Positions 43,382-55,103 of a stretch of DNA of 64,000 nucleotides are shown here, in pieces. The position numbers were made by a program, and so were the translations under genes. Origin of the DNA: Chlorokybus atmophyticus. Its lineage: Eukaryota > Plantae > Mesostigma and Chlorokybus algae. The notes beneath the pieces were generated by a model that was not told where the DNA came from, ran no database searches, and saw nothing but the letters and a program-made list of their open reading frames with translations. Position 1 is the first letter of the stretch, and every line of letters starts with the position of its first letter. The stretch lies in contig RHPI01000026.1 in NCBI GenBank assembly GCA_009103225.1, positions 491,210 to 555,209 of the forward strand. The letters run 5' to 3'.

Positions 43382-45917
43382 ATGGAGCCGCAGCAGCAGC
43401 TGGTCTGCGAAGGCAAATGGAGGATCGGCAGGAAGATTGGTAGCGGCTCCTTTGGAGATGTGTACTTGGGTGAGTTGGTGCCTATAACTTGTGCGTGATG
43501 CATGTAGGACGCTCAGCATGCATGCCGCACCGCACTTGACTTTTTCTGTGCTTAACTGAAGATATCCTTTTATGAACTGAAGCGCTGCTGCTTTGGGCGC
43601 TTGGTATGCCAAGATAAGCAAATCCATCCTTTGCACAAACCGTCTCTGTGTCGGACACACACGCACGTACATGTACTTGCGTCGCAAAAATCATCCATGT
43701 AACACAACATGAAACTCAGTAGACATCAGCAGCAGACAGCACTATGTGTGGCTTTATAGATCGCAGTGCTGTTCAGTAGTGCTGCACCATGGTCAGTGCG
43801 TTCGAGTTACAACCTCTCATGATGTGCAGGAGTTGACACTGAGACAGGAGAGGAGGTGGCCATGAAGCTTGAGAGTGTGACTTCCAGGCATCTACAGCTG
43901 TTCTTCGAGTCGTGTTTATACAAAGTACTCCTTCAAGACGAGGATGCCACTGGTATGTTTCAACTTACACATGCGATGGCTGTGCATCTTTACTGTTGTG
44001 CACCTGTCTGCAAGTAGGACACATGTGTCGCTGATCATGGTCAGTTGCGCACGAGGCCATCGCGTGCTCTGTGCTCCAAGCTGTTTGGACTCAACTGCGC
44101 GAGTGTTATACATGGCAAGCGCTATGCAGTGCACCTGGCAATGTTTTCCGGCTTCTGTCGAGCATGTCTTGGAGTGGACTGAGCGTTGTGTTGGTTGGCA
44201 ACGACTGACCCACCGCATCTGGGGTAACTTGGGCACAACAGCCCACATACCCAAACGCAGATGGTTTGAGTTCGGGTCCCACCACAACACTTTAGTGATC
44301 GATCTGCTGGGACCCACTCTTGAAGATTATCGCAAACGATGTGGGGGCAAATTGAGCTTGAAGACAGTGCTAATGCTGGCAGACCAGATGGTGCGCAACT
44401 TCTGACGCAACACAGATCATTCATGGGCAAAGACTGACATGACACGAGTGATGTGTGACACAGATAAGCCGCATAGACTTTGTACACTCAAAGCACTTTG
44501 TGCATCGCTCCATTAGACCAGAGAATTTCCTTATGGGGCTTGGGGACAAGGCAACCCAGGCAAGTGCTTACTGTCTGATTCTGTGACGCACCCGCAAGTA
44601 CATGCGCATAGTGCAACACATGCAATACATGCCACAGTGTAGATTGCCTGAGACTGTCTGAAGTATCATCAGCTTCGTGCTGCGAACTACTCTCAAGCAA
44701 TTGTTGTTGCACAGGTGTTCCTGATTGACTTTGGCATATGCATCAAGTACCGCTGCCCTAAAACAGGCGAGCACACCCCTGACAGGTGGCCACTACTGCA
44801 GCAACAACTTTATGCATGCACTAGGTGGTGATAATCCGGTTGTGTTTGGTGCGCAGGGTAAATACGTCACGCATAGGGTGTGTGCTGTACACCAGTGTCA
44901 ACTTTGATACCGGCTTACGTAAGACTCTCGAACCTGTTGATGCATGTTGGAGCATTTAATCTCGTCTCAAGCAGATGTGACACCAATGATATAAATGCCA
45001 ATGCAGGAAGCAGCCGGCGGGACGACCTGGAAATGCTCGGTTACGTGCTTGTGTACTTGCTGCGCGGCAGGTGCAAACGCGTGTGTTACCAGGCATTTGT
45101 GCTTGCATATCCATTGGTTGCACGGGCGCATATGTCCAAAAGCTAGTAGCTGTACTGTCAAAGCAATCACCGGGTTGGGTTTGACCAATGATACGTGACC
45201 CGGAAATTTGCAGCCTTCCCTGGCAAGAGGTTGACAGCCCACAGGCTCGCAAGGTGAAAGCCGCTTGTCCCATACAGGTAAGCGACAGTGTCACACAATC
45301 ATTTTTGTGCAACTGCTTTCCAGAAACGCGCACAGTGCCTAATGTGTATCACTGTTGACACTGTCGTAACGTAGGTGTTGTGTCGGGGCCTGCCAGCAGA
45401 GTTTCAGACATACTCCGAGTACGTGCGCTCCCTCGCATACGATAAGGCCCCGGACTATGGCTACTTGCGCAAGCTTTTCAAGGACGCCTTTACGCGTGCA
45501 GGCTATGAGTATGACAACGTGTATGACTGGACGACCAACAACAGCCCAACAACAGCAAAAACGCCCAACAGCGGTACGACTTGGCAACCATTTTGCTCTG
45601 CCCATTGCACAGGACATGTCCTGCTGTTGCAAGGATGTAGCAACACACTTGCTTATTCGCAACATTGCAGGGCATAAAGACCCATCAGCAGAGCAGAGCG
45701 ACGTTGTGCGAGTAACAGACGTGTCTAGCGGTACGAAACCTTGCCATGTATGTTGCATTAACCATTGCTTTTCTGCCTTAAATTGAGTCACTGCAAACTT
45801 AGTACGAGCGACAGCCGCGAGTTTTCAGCAGGGCCTTTGGAGGAGAAAAGCACCTTGACGGAACAGAGGGACGTGCTAGTGACGGAGAGCGAAGCGGAGC
45901 AGTTCAAGAACGATTAA
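43382..45917 (+). CDS. Casein kinase 1-like protein, probable pseudokinase (HRD to HRS), about 11 exons
   Basis: [14 protein letters not shown]|...EEVAMKLES; [12 protein letters not shown]...[14 protein letters not shown]|[25 protein letters not shown]...|VFLIDFG; [13 protein letters not shown]...LPWQ; [10 protein letters not shown]...YDNVYDWT. The frame is open across all junctions I checked; the last exons are tentative. Confidence 0.88.
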
Positions 45918-47489
45918 CCAACACAGAATGGCATTCTGCTGTTGTCATCAGCGGTGACAAGAGCGTTGCGCTTGTTACCTTACCTTGAAGGTGGCACCAT
46001 GGCCACCATTCTCACCACATGCGGCGTATGTACATCTTCTGCAAGTTTGCTGTACCAACGCTGCAACAGCACAGCACATGCACTTTTCTGCAGATTGTGA
46101 CACAGTCTGTTTGCCAAACGGCAAGTTGCCTTCCACCGCGCTAGTTCCGATGCACATGTATACGGAGGTGTCTGTTCATGCATTTTACTAGCACTGCGGT
46201 AGTGCAGTACTTGCTTGAATAGTATGTGAACTAGCTCGTCAATGGGTGCGTGCTTATAATGATTGATGTATGGTGTGTTGTGCTACTTCACTGCATGTGC
46301 GCATTGGCCTCCGCATCTATGTACTCAACGTCTCTGCCTACACATGGTGTGTTGCTTGCGTTGCAAGCTTCGCATGTTGCTCTGGGTGTGTAACTTTGCA
46401 TGCTGGCATACATGTAGGCCTAGCAGCATACCCCTGTTGTACACAGTAGCTGACCCTTAATGTACACAATGAGGCACAACTAGTGCTCCCATTCTCTTAG
46501 GCACCGAGTCAAGTGGCACAGGTGGCTGCACTACAGCCTACATTACAGCGCAACTGCCGTACGTTGTACGCATGAAGGCGCTTGGCATTGTGCTGGGCGT
46601 GTACAGCGTGTGGCGCATTCCGGCAAGCAAGCAAGCAAGCAAGCAACTAAGTCGCAGCTTCTTCGCTTTTGATGCTGTGTGTCTGCGCTTGCAGCTCCCG
46701 GGCGCTGGCTGCCTTCAGGCTGTGCGTGCTTGCAAGCTTGCAAGCTTCCCACCCACCCCCCCCCCAGCAAGTGTGCATGTGTTCATCGGCAAGCAACCAC
46801 CAGATTCTGCAAAGGGCCTGGCAGGTGCCGAGCCGCCGCCTATGCCCACCAGCAGCAACAGCTACGTGGCACAGATTGGGTGGAAACAGGCATGCACGTC
46901 CATGTGCGGCGGAGCTGTCAGGGCTTGTCAAGCAGTAGAGAGATGAGTAAGCTACACTCGGCAAGCGTCGAGCACAGGAGCAGTCGTGGCCAGGTTTGAT
47001 TTTGCATAGAACACTGAACCCATGCGACTGCTCATCAATGCTGACTTTCATGCCAGTCCACCATGTCGTGCCCCCTGTCCTGTTGTTTGCTGCATGCTGG
47101 TGCCCTTGATCCTTGCGTGTGTATTTTGTGTGTGCCTAATCCACTGCAAGGGGTGTCGCTGTGTGCATTTCGCATGTACTCAGCATTAAGTTTAAAATTC
47201 GAATCACACAACATGCAAGCACCCGTGTCAACACAAGAAGGACACATCCTTGCGCACCGTTTTGCAGATCCACAACGGAGCAGGGTGTCCAGACACGCCA
47301 CTGTGCTGTGGGCTCCACTAACCAGTGCGTACCCCCTCCCATTCATAATCTGTACGTCTGTGTGAGGATTGAGCCCATGCATTTGCTTCCGAGCAAACGT
47401 GCACCTGTTTTTCCTATGCAAACTTTTGGTTAAGCATGTGCGCACCCACATGTTGTTTACACCATCATTCTGCTACGCAGATTTGCAGC

Positions 47490-48360
47490 TTAGTTTGGGT
47501 GTGAGTAGAAGGAGCACTGGAGGCGCGCCGTGGTTACGGAAGGTGTGTATGCGCGCACGCGCGCGTGTGGCATGCGTGCGTGCACCAGTCGAGCAACGTT
47601 CGCTTGCTACTTTGCACTCGCACAACAACAATGGCAATGCCACAACACAGCTGTGATGCGGCCATGCCAGTCAACATGAAGACCACAAAACCAGAGGTCA
47701 GACACATTGCTCCCACCAGAGGTCCTTTTGTCCGGTGCAGGTCCGATACACACGCAGTCAATCAAGATCAGTTCGACACTGCTGGAAGCCAGTCTGGCAG
47801 CAGTGTAAGAACCTACCCAGCTGCCGCGAAAGCGGCGTCCCTGCGCCTGGAGGTGATGTGCTTAAAGTTGTTCTCTCAAGCATTCGTGGGTGCTTGGGTG
47901 CGTGCGCGCGCGCCTGCGTGTGTCAGTGTGTGATGCAGCCTTGGCGCAGGCTGGCAAGATCACCCGCTGCCAGTGCAGTGCAGTGCACAACGCGACGGCG
48001 TTCATCGCGGTTTGCCCTGCCTTCGCATGAAGGTCGGGGGCAGCGGCCTGCAGTTCGATGCTGCGGGAGTGAAGGGCGTTGCTATTGATGTATCATATCT
48101 GACCAGAACGCTGCCTGGTCAGAATTCACCAATAGCCAGCTGACAGGCTATAAACCTGCTTATATACTACTACAACTACCAAGTACCGTTGCCAACTGTT
48201 GGTGTACAGGATAAGCGCGAGGCTTTTATAAACATGGATGTGCTATAGACTATCACTGGTAGTTATGCATGGCGTGTGAGGGAAGGCACTTGCAAGATGC
48301 GAGACACAGCGCCAAATCAGGTTGACCTTTTCAGCCACAGCTTTGGGCCGCTTCAGAGAA
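47490..48360 (+). pseudogene. Decayed direct duplicate of the 3' part of the YgfZ-like gene
   Basis: 47950-48143 reads AGKITRC [frameshifting CAGTG repeat] DGVHRGLPCLRMKVGGSGLQFDAAGVKGVAIDVSYLTRTLP, versus AGKITSC...DGVHRGLAYVRTKVGGSGLQVDAAGVKGVTVDVPYVTRTLP at 41829-41992. The 3' UTR is similar to about 48350. Weaker similarity to upstream exons lies at about 47500-47545 and 47765-47800. Confidence 0.85.
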
Positions 48361-49970
48361 GCCCGGGCTCAAGTCATGAAGCGCAGCGCATGAGGTTGCT
48401 TCATTTCGTTTGTTGTAACAAGTGCAGCAGCTGACAGTCAAACGAGAGCCGTCATTACAATACGGGCAGGCGATGCAAAGCAAACACGGGATAGCTAGCG
48501 CAGCTGTCCCGAAAGGGTTGAACCAAAAATCACACCAAAGCCTAGCCAACCCAAGCCCGAACATGCTTGCAGTGCACATGCACAGAATTAGCATGGCATG
48601 AGAATGCTTGCCAACCTGTGCATTCGGTCAGGAAGTAGAGATAGCGCACATGCAGGGAAAGGGACAACTTTTCAACTAAGCTAAGCTAAGCTCCTAGACA
48701 CGTTGCACGTGCCTTAATACACCATGGAGTACGTGTGCAACAGCTGCTGCACTGCACAACAACTGGACAGCATGCGATACGAGCGCCCGCACAATCCCTG
48801 CATTCTATATGTTATACACGGTGCGTGCGCATTATGTGACGACCACTTCACAGCATCAGGGTTGGTGTCCTTCAAGCTCTGCGCAGTTGTTACTTGTTTA
48901 CTTGCAATTGGGAGATTACAGATCGCAGCACACCCTCACATGGACGCATGTGTACCTGCACGCCGAGACACAATGCAGGTGCATAGACAAGCTGACATTG
49001 GATATGCACGGCTCACCCTGTGCATGCTGCGACAGCCACGCTGTCAACAACAATAGGGCAGGGTAGACAAGCGCCTATCTGACTGGCAACTAACAGGCTT
49101 TCGAGCCACCGGTCTCTGCTGATGTTAACGGCCAAACCTGCTGGCCTAGCAGCAACGGCAGCAGAAGCTCCTTGTATTGCTGCGAACCTGTTGCTTGTTT
49201 ACTCCAAGGCCTCACCTCCTGCAGCTCCTACTCTTGACCCGGCTCCATTGCTGCGCTCAACAGTTCCCGCATTCACATAATCAACTTGTCTTATAATGTC
49301 TTGGCCAAAAAATGTGAATGGCATGTGAGAAACTGTAAGCAGAGCAGGCCGCCGCATTGCTCTCGACTTACTTTCCTGCATATATACATACCGGTAGGCC
49401 TAAGTGCAGCTGAGAAGTACAGGCTGTAAACTTGTTCACAAGCTTAGAAATGAGAGCGCTGCTTGTTGCTGCCAACACGGTTGCCTCAGACCCTCACCCA
49501 TAGCCAAAGCAGACGGGGTGTTATCCAGGTGGTTGGTCACAGCAGCAGTGGTGGACGGCGGCAGCTTCGGTTTCTAAGTCATAGCACACAGCAGCATGCT
49601 GCTAGGCTACTCGCCCGCATGGGTCAGCTAAAAAATTTCAATGCACGCGACTCTTAGAGAACAGCTTACGCCAGCAGTGCTCATCCATGTATACAACTTG
49701 GAGTTGCTCAACACTTTCACTGCACTCAGTTACCTAGCACTGAGCCTGCATCTGCGCTAGACGTTCGCACCGAACACCACGAGAAACAACACTGCATAAT
49801 CCTCTATCAGACTCAGCTATAGCCACATCCACACCAAGGAATCTGAAATTGAAGTCATGAGCAGTTGCGTCAGCTGCAAGCCCGTCCAAGTTTACACCAT
49901 GCCATGGTGCCATGGTCCAATCAACAATTGTCCCATCAAGCTCCCTGCATGTCTTCTATAAGTTGTTGAC

Positions 49971-50136
49971 CATGTAGGTGCTGTCAGCCTTGTCAAGCAG
50001 CGCTCAAATGCCCACTATGTTGTTCTCCTCAACACGGTTACACAAACCTTTTTGAACGCCTAAACAGCAACGGTGCTAAAGGAAAGCAACATGGCCATTC
50101 GAGCACTACTTGACAAGGCTCGACAGCACCTATATG
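49971..50136. repeat. Long imperfect inverted repeat (about 65-bp arms, about 28-nt loop)
   Basis: The reverse complement of CATGTAGGTGCTGTCAGCCTTGTCAAGCAGCGCTCAAATGCCC aligns to GGCCATTCGAGCACTACTTGACAAGGCTCGACAGCACCTATATG. Weaker pairing continues inward to about 50039/50068. Confidence 0.85.
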
Positions 50137-50508
50137 CAGCACCTTTGTTGCTGCCCAGGCTATCAGTCCGTTCATCGTTGCACAAGTGCCTGTGCCATGC
50201 CATATTCATCAGCCCTGCTTGCGCATGAGTGTTTCCTGTACTCCCATTTGCAACCATGTTGCAGTAGGCCAGCTCTACAAATGGATGCAAAGTAAAAGTG
50301 CTTGCACAGAGTCAATGCACGACAAGAAGCTGGCTGCACCTGCACCCAAGCAAGCCAGACGACAAGCACACGCAGCAGCACCTCGCTCACCTCACCGACT
50401 ACGCCCGCGCCAAGCTCGCCCCACTCACCGCCGCCTCCACCTTAACTACTGCACTCTACCATTAGTTGTTGGATTAGGCTGCGGTAGTTGGAGGCATTGT
50501 GATTGGCC

Positions 50509-53500
50509 ATGTCAGCCATGTCGGCGGTGGCGTCGCCGATATCGGCGGTGGCGTACGTAGGGAGCAGCGCCCGGCCGCCTGTTGCGGTGTTCAGGCAAGC
50601 CAGGCAGCCACCTACACGGCCTCCTGCAGCTTGTCGGCGGGCGCTGCCGGTTCGCTGCGATGCCGCCACGGGATCCAAGCCAGGTAAACTAGGCAAGGCC
50701 AGGCCAAGCCGGGCCAGAGCAAGCTCAACGAGAGCTCGACCAGTGCAGACCGGGCTAGACAAGAGCAGCTTAGGCCAGGCCAGGCCAGGCCAGGCAGAAG
50801 CATGCCTTCAGGCTAGCTGTGCATGCCTGTGGTGTTAACGTGCATGCATGCAGGGCTGAGTCGTTAACGCTTGCTTGCTTCGCAAACCGCATGCAGCACC
50901 ATTTTCAGCTAACTCCCGCATCACTATGCCTACTGCATGCATTCATCAAACAGGGCACCATCTGGTGCTTTAGTTAGTTGTGTGTTTGGTAGGTACACAC
51001 TTATCCCCCCCCCCTTGCCCTCCCTGCCGCTTGATTGTTTTCTTGCAAGCTCAAGTTGCAATTGCCATTGTCATCCATTGTGCACCGTGCGCATGTGCAT
51101 GCATGGCTGCTTGCATACACACAACACTGACACAGGCACACGTACATCGCGCACACACGCATGCGTCATGCAAAACTGTGCGCTCGTGCATGCCTGCACA
51201 CATGTGCCCGCACATGCTTGTGCGTATGGTACTTACACCCCACTCACTCACATTGTTCTCTCACTTGCCACTCCAGATCTCATCCAGCTGGGTCAGTCTT
51301 CCCTGAAAGTCTCCCCGATCGGCGTCGGCACGCTGCAGTGGGGCGACCCGTCCAGCGGCTTCCCGGACCGCTACAACGAACAGACGCTGAGGGAGGCGTT
51401 CGAGGCGCTCGTCGAGGGGGGAGTCAACTTCTTCGATTCTGCGGAGGTGAGGGGGGTGAAGACTGATCGATGGTTGGGTTGGGTTTGTGGGGTGGGTTTG
51501 CGTCCGTTGCACTGTCATACTGCGCTCGTACGCATGCTTCTGCATGTTGTGTCGCACGCATGCGGATGCGTGTATTCCCAGCGTATATGCACGTGTTGTA
51601 TACAAGCACGCATGCACCTCATGCAAACACAGTCAGGTACGTGCGTATGGTATATACATGCATGCTCACAACATTACTCGTGACGTTGCCTTCATAGCAT
51701 TGTTGTGTCTGCAAGCTGTGAGCCGAGATGTATAGCAGAGTAAGTAAGTTACTGTAGGAGGCTGATGGATCCGATGATGTTGCTTGTTGACAGGTGTACG
51801 GATATCAGAACATCAAGAACGGCCAGTCATCGGAGCAGCTGCTTGGCCGCTTTGCTCGGGAGCACAACACCCCGAACAGCAATCCTCCGCTTGTTCTCAC
51901 AAGCAAATTCTTCACAGTCCCTTGGTGCGCATGTCTGGAAAAATCGCATTGATAAACAATATCTGTACATGAGGCGCTCGAGATGGATATTGTACAACCC
52001 AGTAATCGTCCTAGATAAGCAACCAACACTTTGGCTTTTGATGTGCAGGACCAACCTGCTTGTCGGTGGGTACGCCATCCAAGCCTCATCGCAATCAAAA
52101 ACCAACCTCTAGGAATGCATAGCATACATGAACGCCGGCTGAATGGATTACATTACCACGTATATCACTCATTATAACATGCAGGAGGAGGTTTGCGATT
52201 GGGAAGGAAGTCGCTCATCGATGCGTTGAAGGCGACATTGCAGCGATTGGGCACTGATTCTTTGGACCTTTATCAGGCGAGTTGATGTTGTTGCACGCCT
52301 TGATGCCCCTGACGATGTGAACTGATGTTGGGTGTTATGTTGCACTTGCGTGTGTGTATCTGTAGATACACTTCCCGCTGCCAACATTCCCAAATGGCGT
52401 TGCGGCCGATGCTTTGCGCGAGGCGCTCGATTTGGGCCTCACCAAAGCGGTTGGAGTCAGCAATTACAATGTCTCGCAGGTAAGTGGTTTGTGTGTACAT
52501 GCAGAAACTTGTGCACACAGATATGCGCATGCAGGTCATGCGCATGTCTGTGTGCGCAAACACGTATACATTACGTGTGTCACACAGATATATATGCAAT
52601 GTTGCGTGTGTCACACATGCGCACAACATAGCACAATGCATAGATGTTGACTGTGATTCTTGAAGCTCAATGTTCAACTGCATGTGCTGTCTCAGTTGGA
52701 GGACATTGTTGGAAAGCTGTCAAGCAAGGGCGTACAGCTGGCATCAAACCAAGTCAATTACAGGTCTGGTCTTGATGCTTGCAACCAGGCGCACAATCAC
52801 TGTGCAGTACATGCAGCTGTGTACAAACTTCGCTGCTTGCAGCTTGCTGAACCGCGAGCCCGAAAAAAGCGGTCTACTGCAAGCTTGCAAGGTAAGCTCT
52901 TGTGAAGACCGCAAGCGTCAGTTGTATAGATACCATGCAGTTGAAGTGTGTGCAATGTTGCATTCTGTGTGTACAAATGTTACATCTATACACGTGACGT
53001 GCTCTCTTGCACATTAGGACAACGGTGTGACAGTCATTGCATACTCGCCGCTGGCAACGAGCAAGCTGACCGGCAAGCAGGATCCCAGCACCATGGATGA
53101 CAAGGCAAGTGGACCTGCTGCATTGACCACTATGCAATGTGCGTGCGTGCATGCGTGCGCGCGTGGACCTGATGAAGTTCATTTCCCGTTAGTTGCGCCA
53201 ACTGTTGAAGCTGATGGACTTCATTGGCGCGCTCAATGGCGGCAGGAGCACTGTGCAGGTGCGCAGCTGTTGTTGTGTATGGTATCTTGTATTTTAGCCT
53301 CACTATGCATGGACGCAGCACACTGTACCTAGGCAACCATCATCATCATCACCTTCTCTGCTTTGGTGTCGTGCTTACAAGCCACTGGTGTGCAGGTGGC
53401 CTTGAATTACATTGTTGCAAAGGGCGCAGTCCCCATTGCAGGGTGAGCCACCATTCAATTGTTGCAAACATCACAGGATGCACGTTGGTTTGCGTGCATG

Positions 53501-53855
53501 CACTGAACTTGTCTCTCGTGCTTGGCAGATGCAAAAATGCAAAGCAGGCAGCAGACATCGCATCTGCCTTGAGTTGGAGTCTTGATGAGAACTCAGGTTT
53601 GCCAGTCAGTAACTCTGTTTGTTGTGTTGCAGTAGGTTGCTGAGTGCTAGCAAGCTTCTGGCTTGGGATGATGTCATATATGGTCGCCCCAACAATTGTA
53701 ACCTACGCATGACAACTCGGGTCCGATAAACATAGAGAGACTCTTTGTGGCTGAACATACTCTTAAAGGTATGTGCGATGCACAAGTGACTGACTGATTT
53801 TCCTCCATGTGCAGCGGCCATTCTCGATGAAAAGCTGGAAGCGCTGGGCTTGTAG
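50509..53855 (+). CDS. Plastid-targeted aldo-keto reductase (pyridoxal-reductase-like clade), multi-exon
   Basis: Transit peptide exon, then LKVSPIGVGTLQWG; GVNFFDSAE|VYG; TSKF; LQRLGTDSLDLYQ|IHFP; GLTKAVGVSNY; LASNQVNY|SLLNR; TVIAYSPLA; VALNYIVAKGAVPIAG. The D/Y/K/H catalytic tetrad is present. Confidence 0.9.
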
Positions 53856-55103
53856 TTGTGATTGGAGCATTGTGGATTTGCAGCTGTTAGCTGGCGGTTT
53901 CCTATGTACACAAATTATTGAGCAACCAAGCCTGATGGGCTTCTTTGCGTGTATCTCAGAGGTATCTAACAAGAGGATGTTTGGTCAAGTGATTGCCACA
54001 TTGGGTTGACAGTGCGTGCTAAGTGCGCGCTAAGCTAAGTGGCTACCTTGGTACCAAGCAAAAGCAGCCTCGCGCCTGCATCATAGCCACTTAGACAACT
54101 CTGAATGGTGTTGCATCAGGCATGCCTCCAGCGCTGTGATCTTCAGGTTGGTCAATGGGTGGGTGGGTTGGTGAATGCCCGCTGTGCCTGCTGCCTGCTC
54201 TCTGCCTTGGCCCGCATTCCACTGCATTCCACATTGGGCACAGAGTAGTAGCACCTAGCGAAAAGCCTATGGTTATCCCCCACCCCACCCATTGCCTGCC
54301 CCGCAGCGTGCTGTTTATGTTGAGTGAGTGTGCACGGCGTAATGCCAATGTGTAACCTATGCATAGCGTACGCATGCTGCTGTTGCGCACCTTGGGCCCC
54401 CTTGCCCACAGCAACCCCTGCCTCTGCATCTTGCACTTACTTGGCATAAGCTCTAGTAATAACTGCATGATATATGCCATGCAGGTGTTTGTAGCAGACA
54501 CCATCCAGGATAGAGCAACAAATGTGTTGGCATTGATAGTTTGCTTGCGCTGTTTACATTGTGTATATAGAATCAAGGTACAATTGGCGGCAGGCAGTGT
54601 ACAAACGGTTTTACGCCTCATTTGTGAGAGGCATGAATGCAGCAGTTTATTAGCTAGATGCATTATAACCACTCTTTAAGCTTGCTTTACTGCAACTCTT
54701 GTGTTATGCACATAGGCGTACATTACTTTCTGTGTCACTGCAATGCTAGTGTAACTTAGTGCTGCTGGTTGTATTCGTTGTATGTACATGTACAATTTAC
54801 TTGCATTCTTGCCACGGTCTTTGCAGATGCCTGCGAGACAATTGTGCAGTGCCTGCTTGCAGTGATCCAAGCAACTGCAGTCACGCCACAGCATGTGGGC
54901 AGCAATTGGCGTGTTTATTCTCGTCTAGGAAGAAACACAATACCACTATGATCCAACTTGACTCATGTTGAATGCAATATCACAACAGGGCTTCGGAATA
55001 TGCACTGCACTAACTGCTCTACAATATTATACACAAGGTCAAAGCCAGGAGCCCAGCACTGTGCTTGCCTGCCACTAACAGTTGCGTTCCTTTCTCACAA
55101 TAT

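Noticed and set aside
47490-47545. RRSTGGAPWLRK resembling the histone H3 tail (RKSTGGKAPRK)
   Set aside because: No histone fold nearby. The nucleotides align better to the YgfZ exon ending ...RVLEG in another frame.
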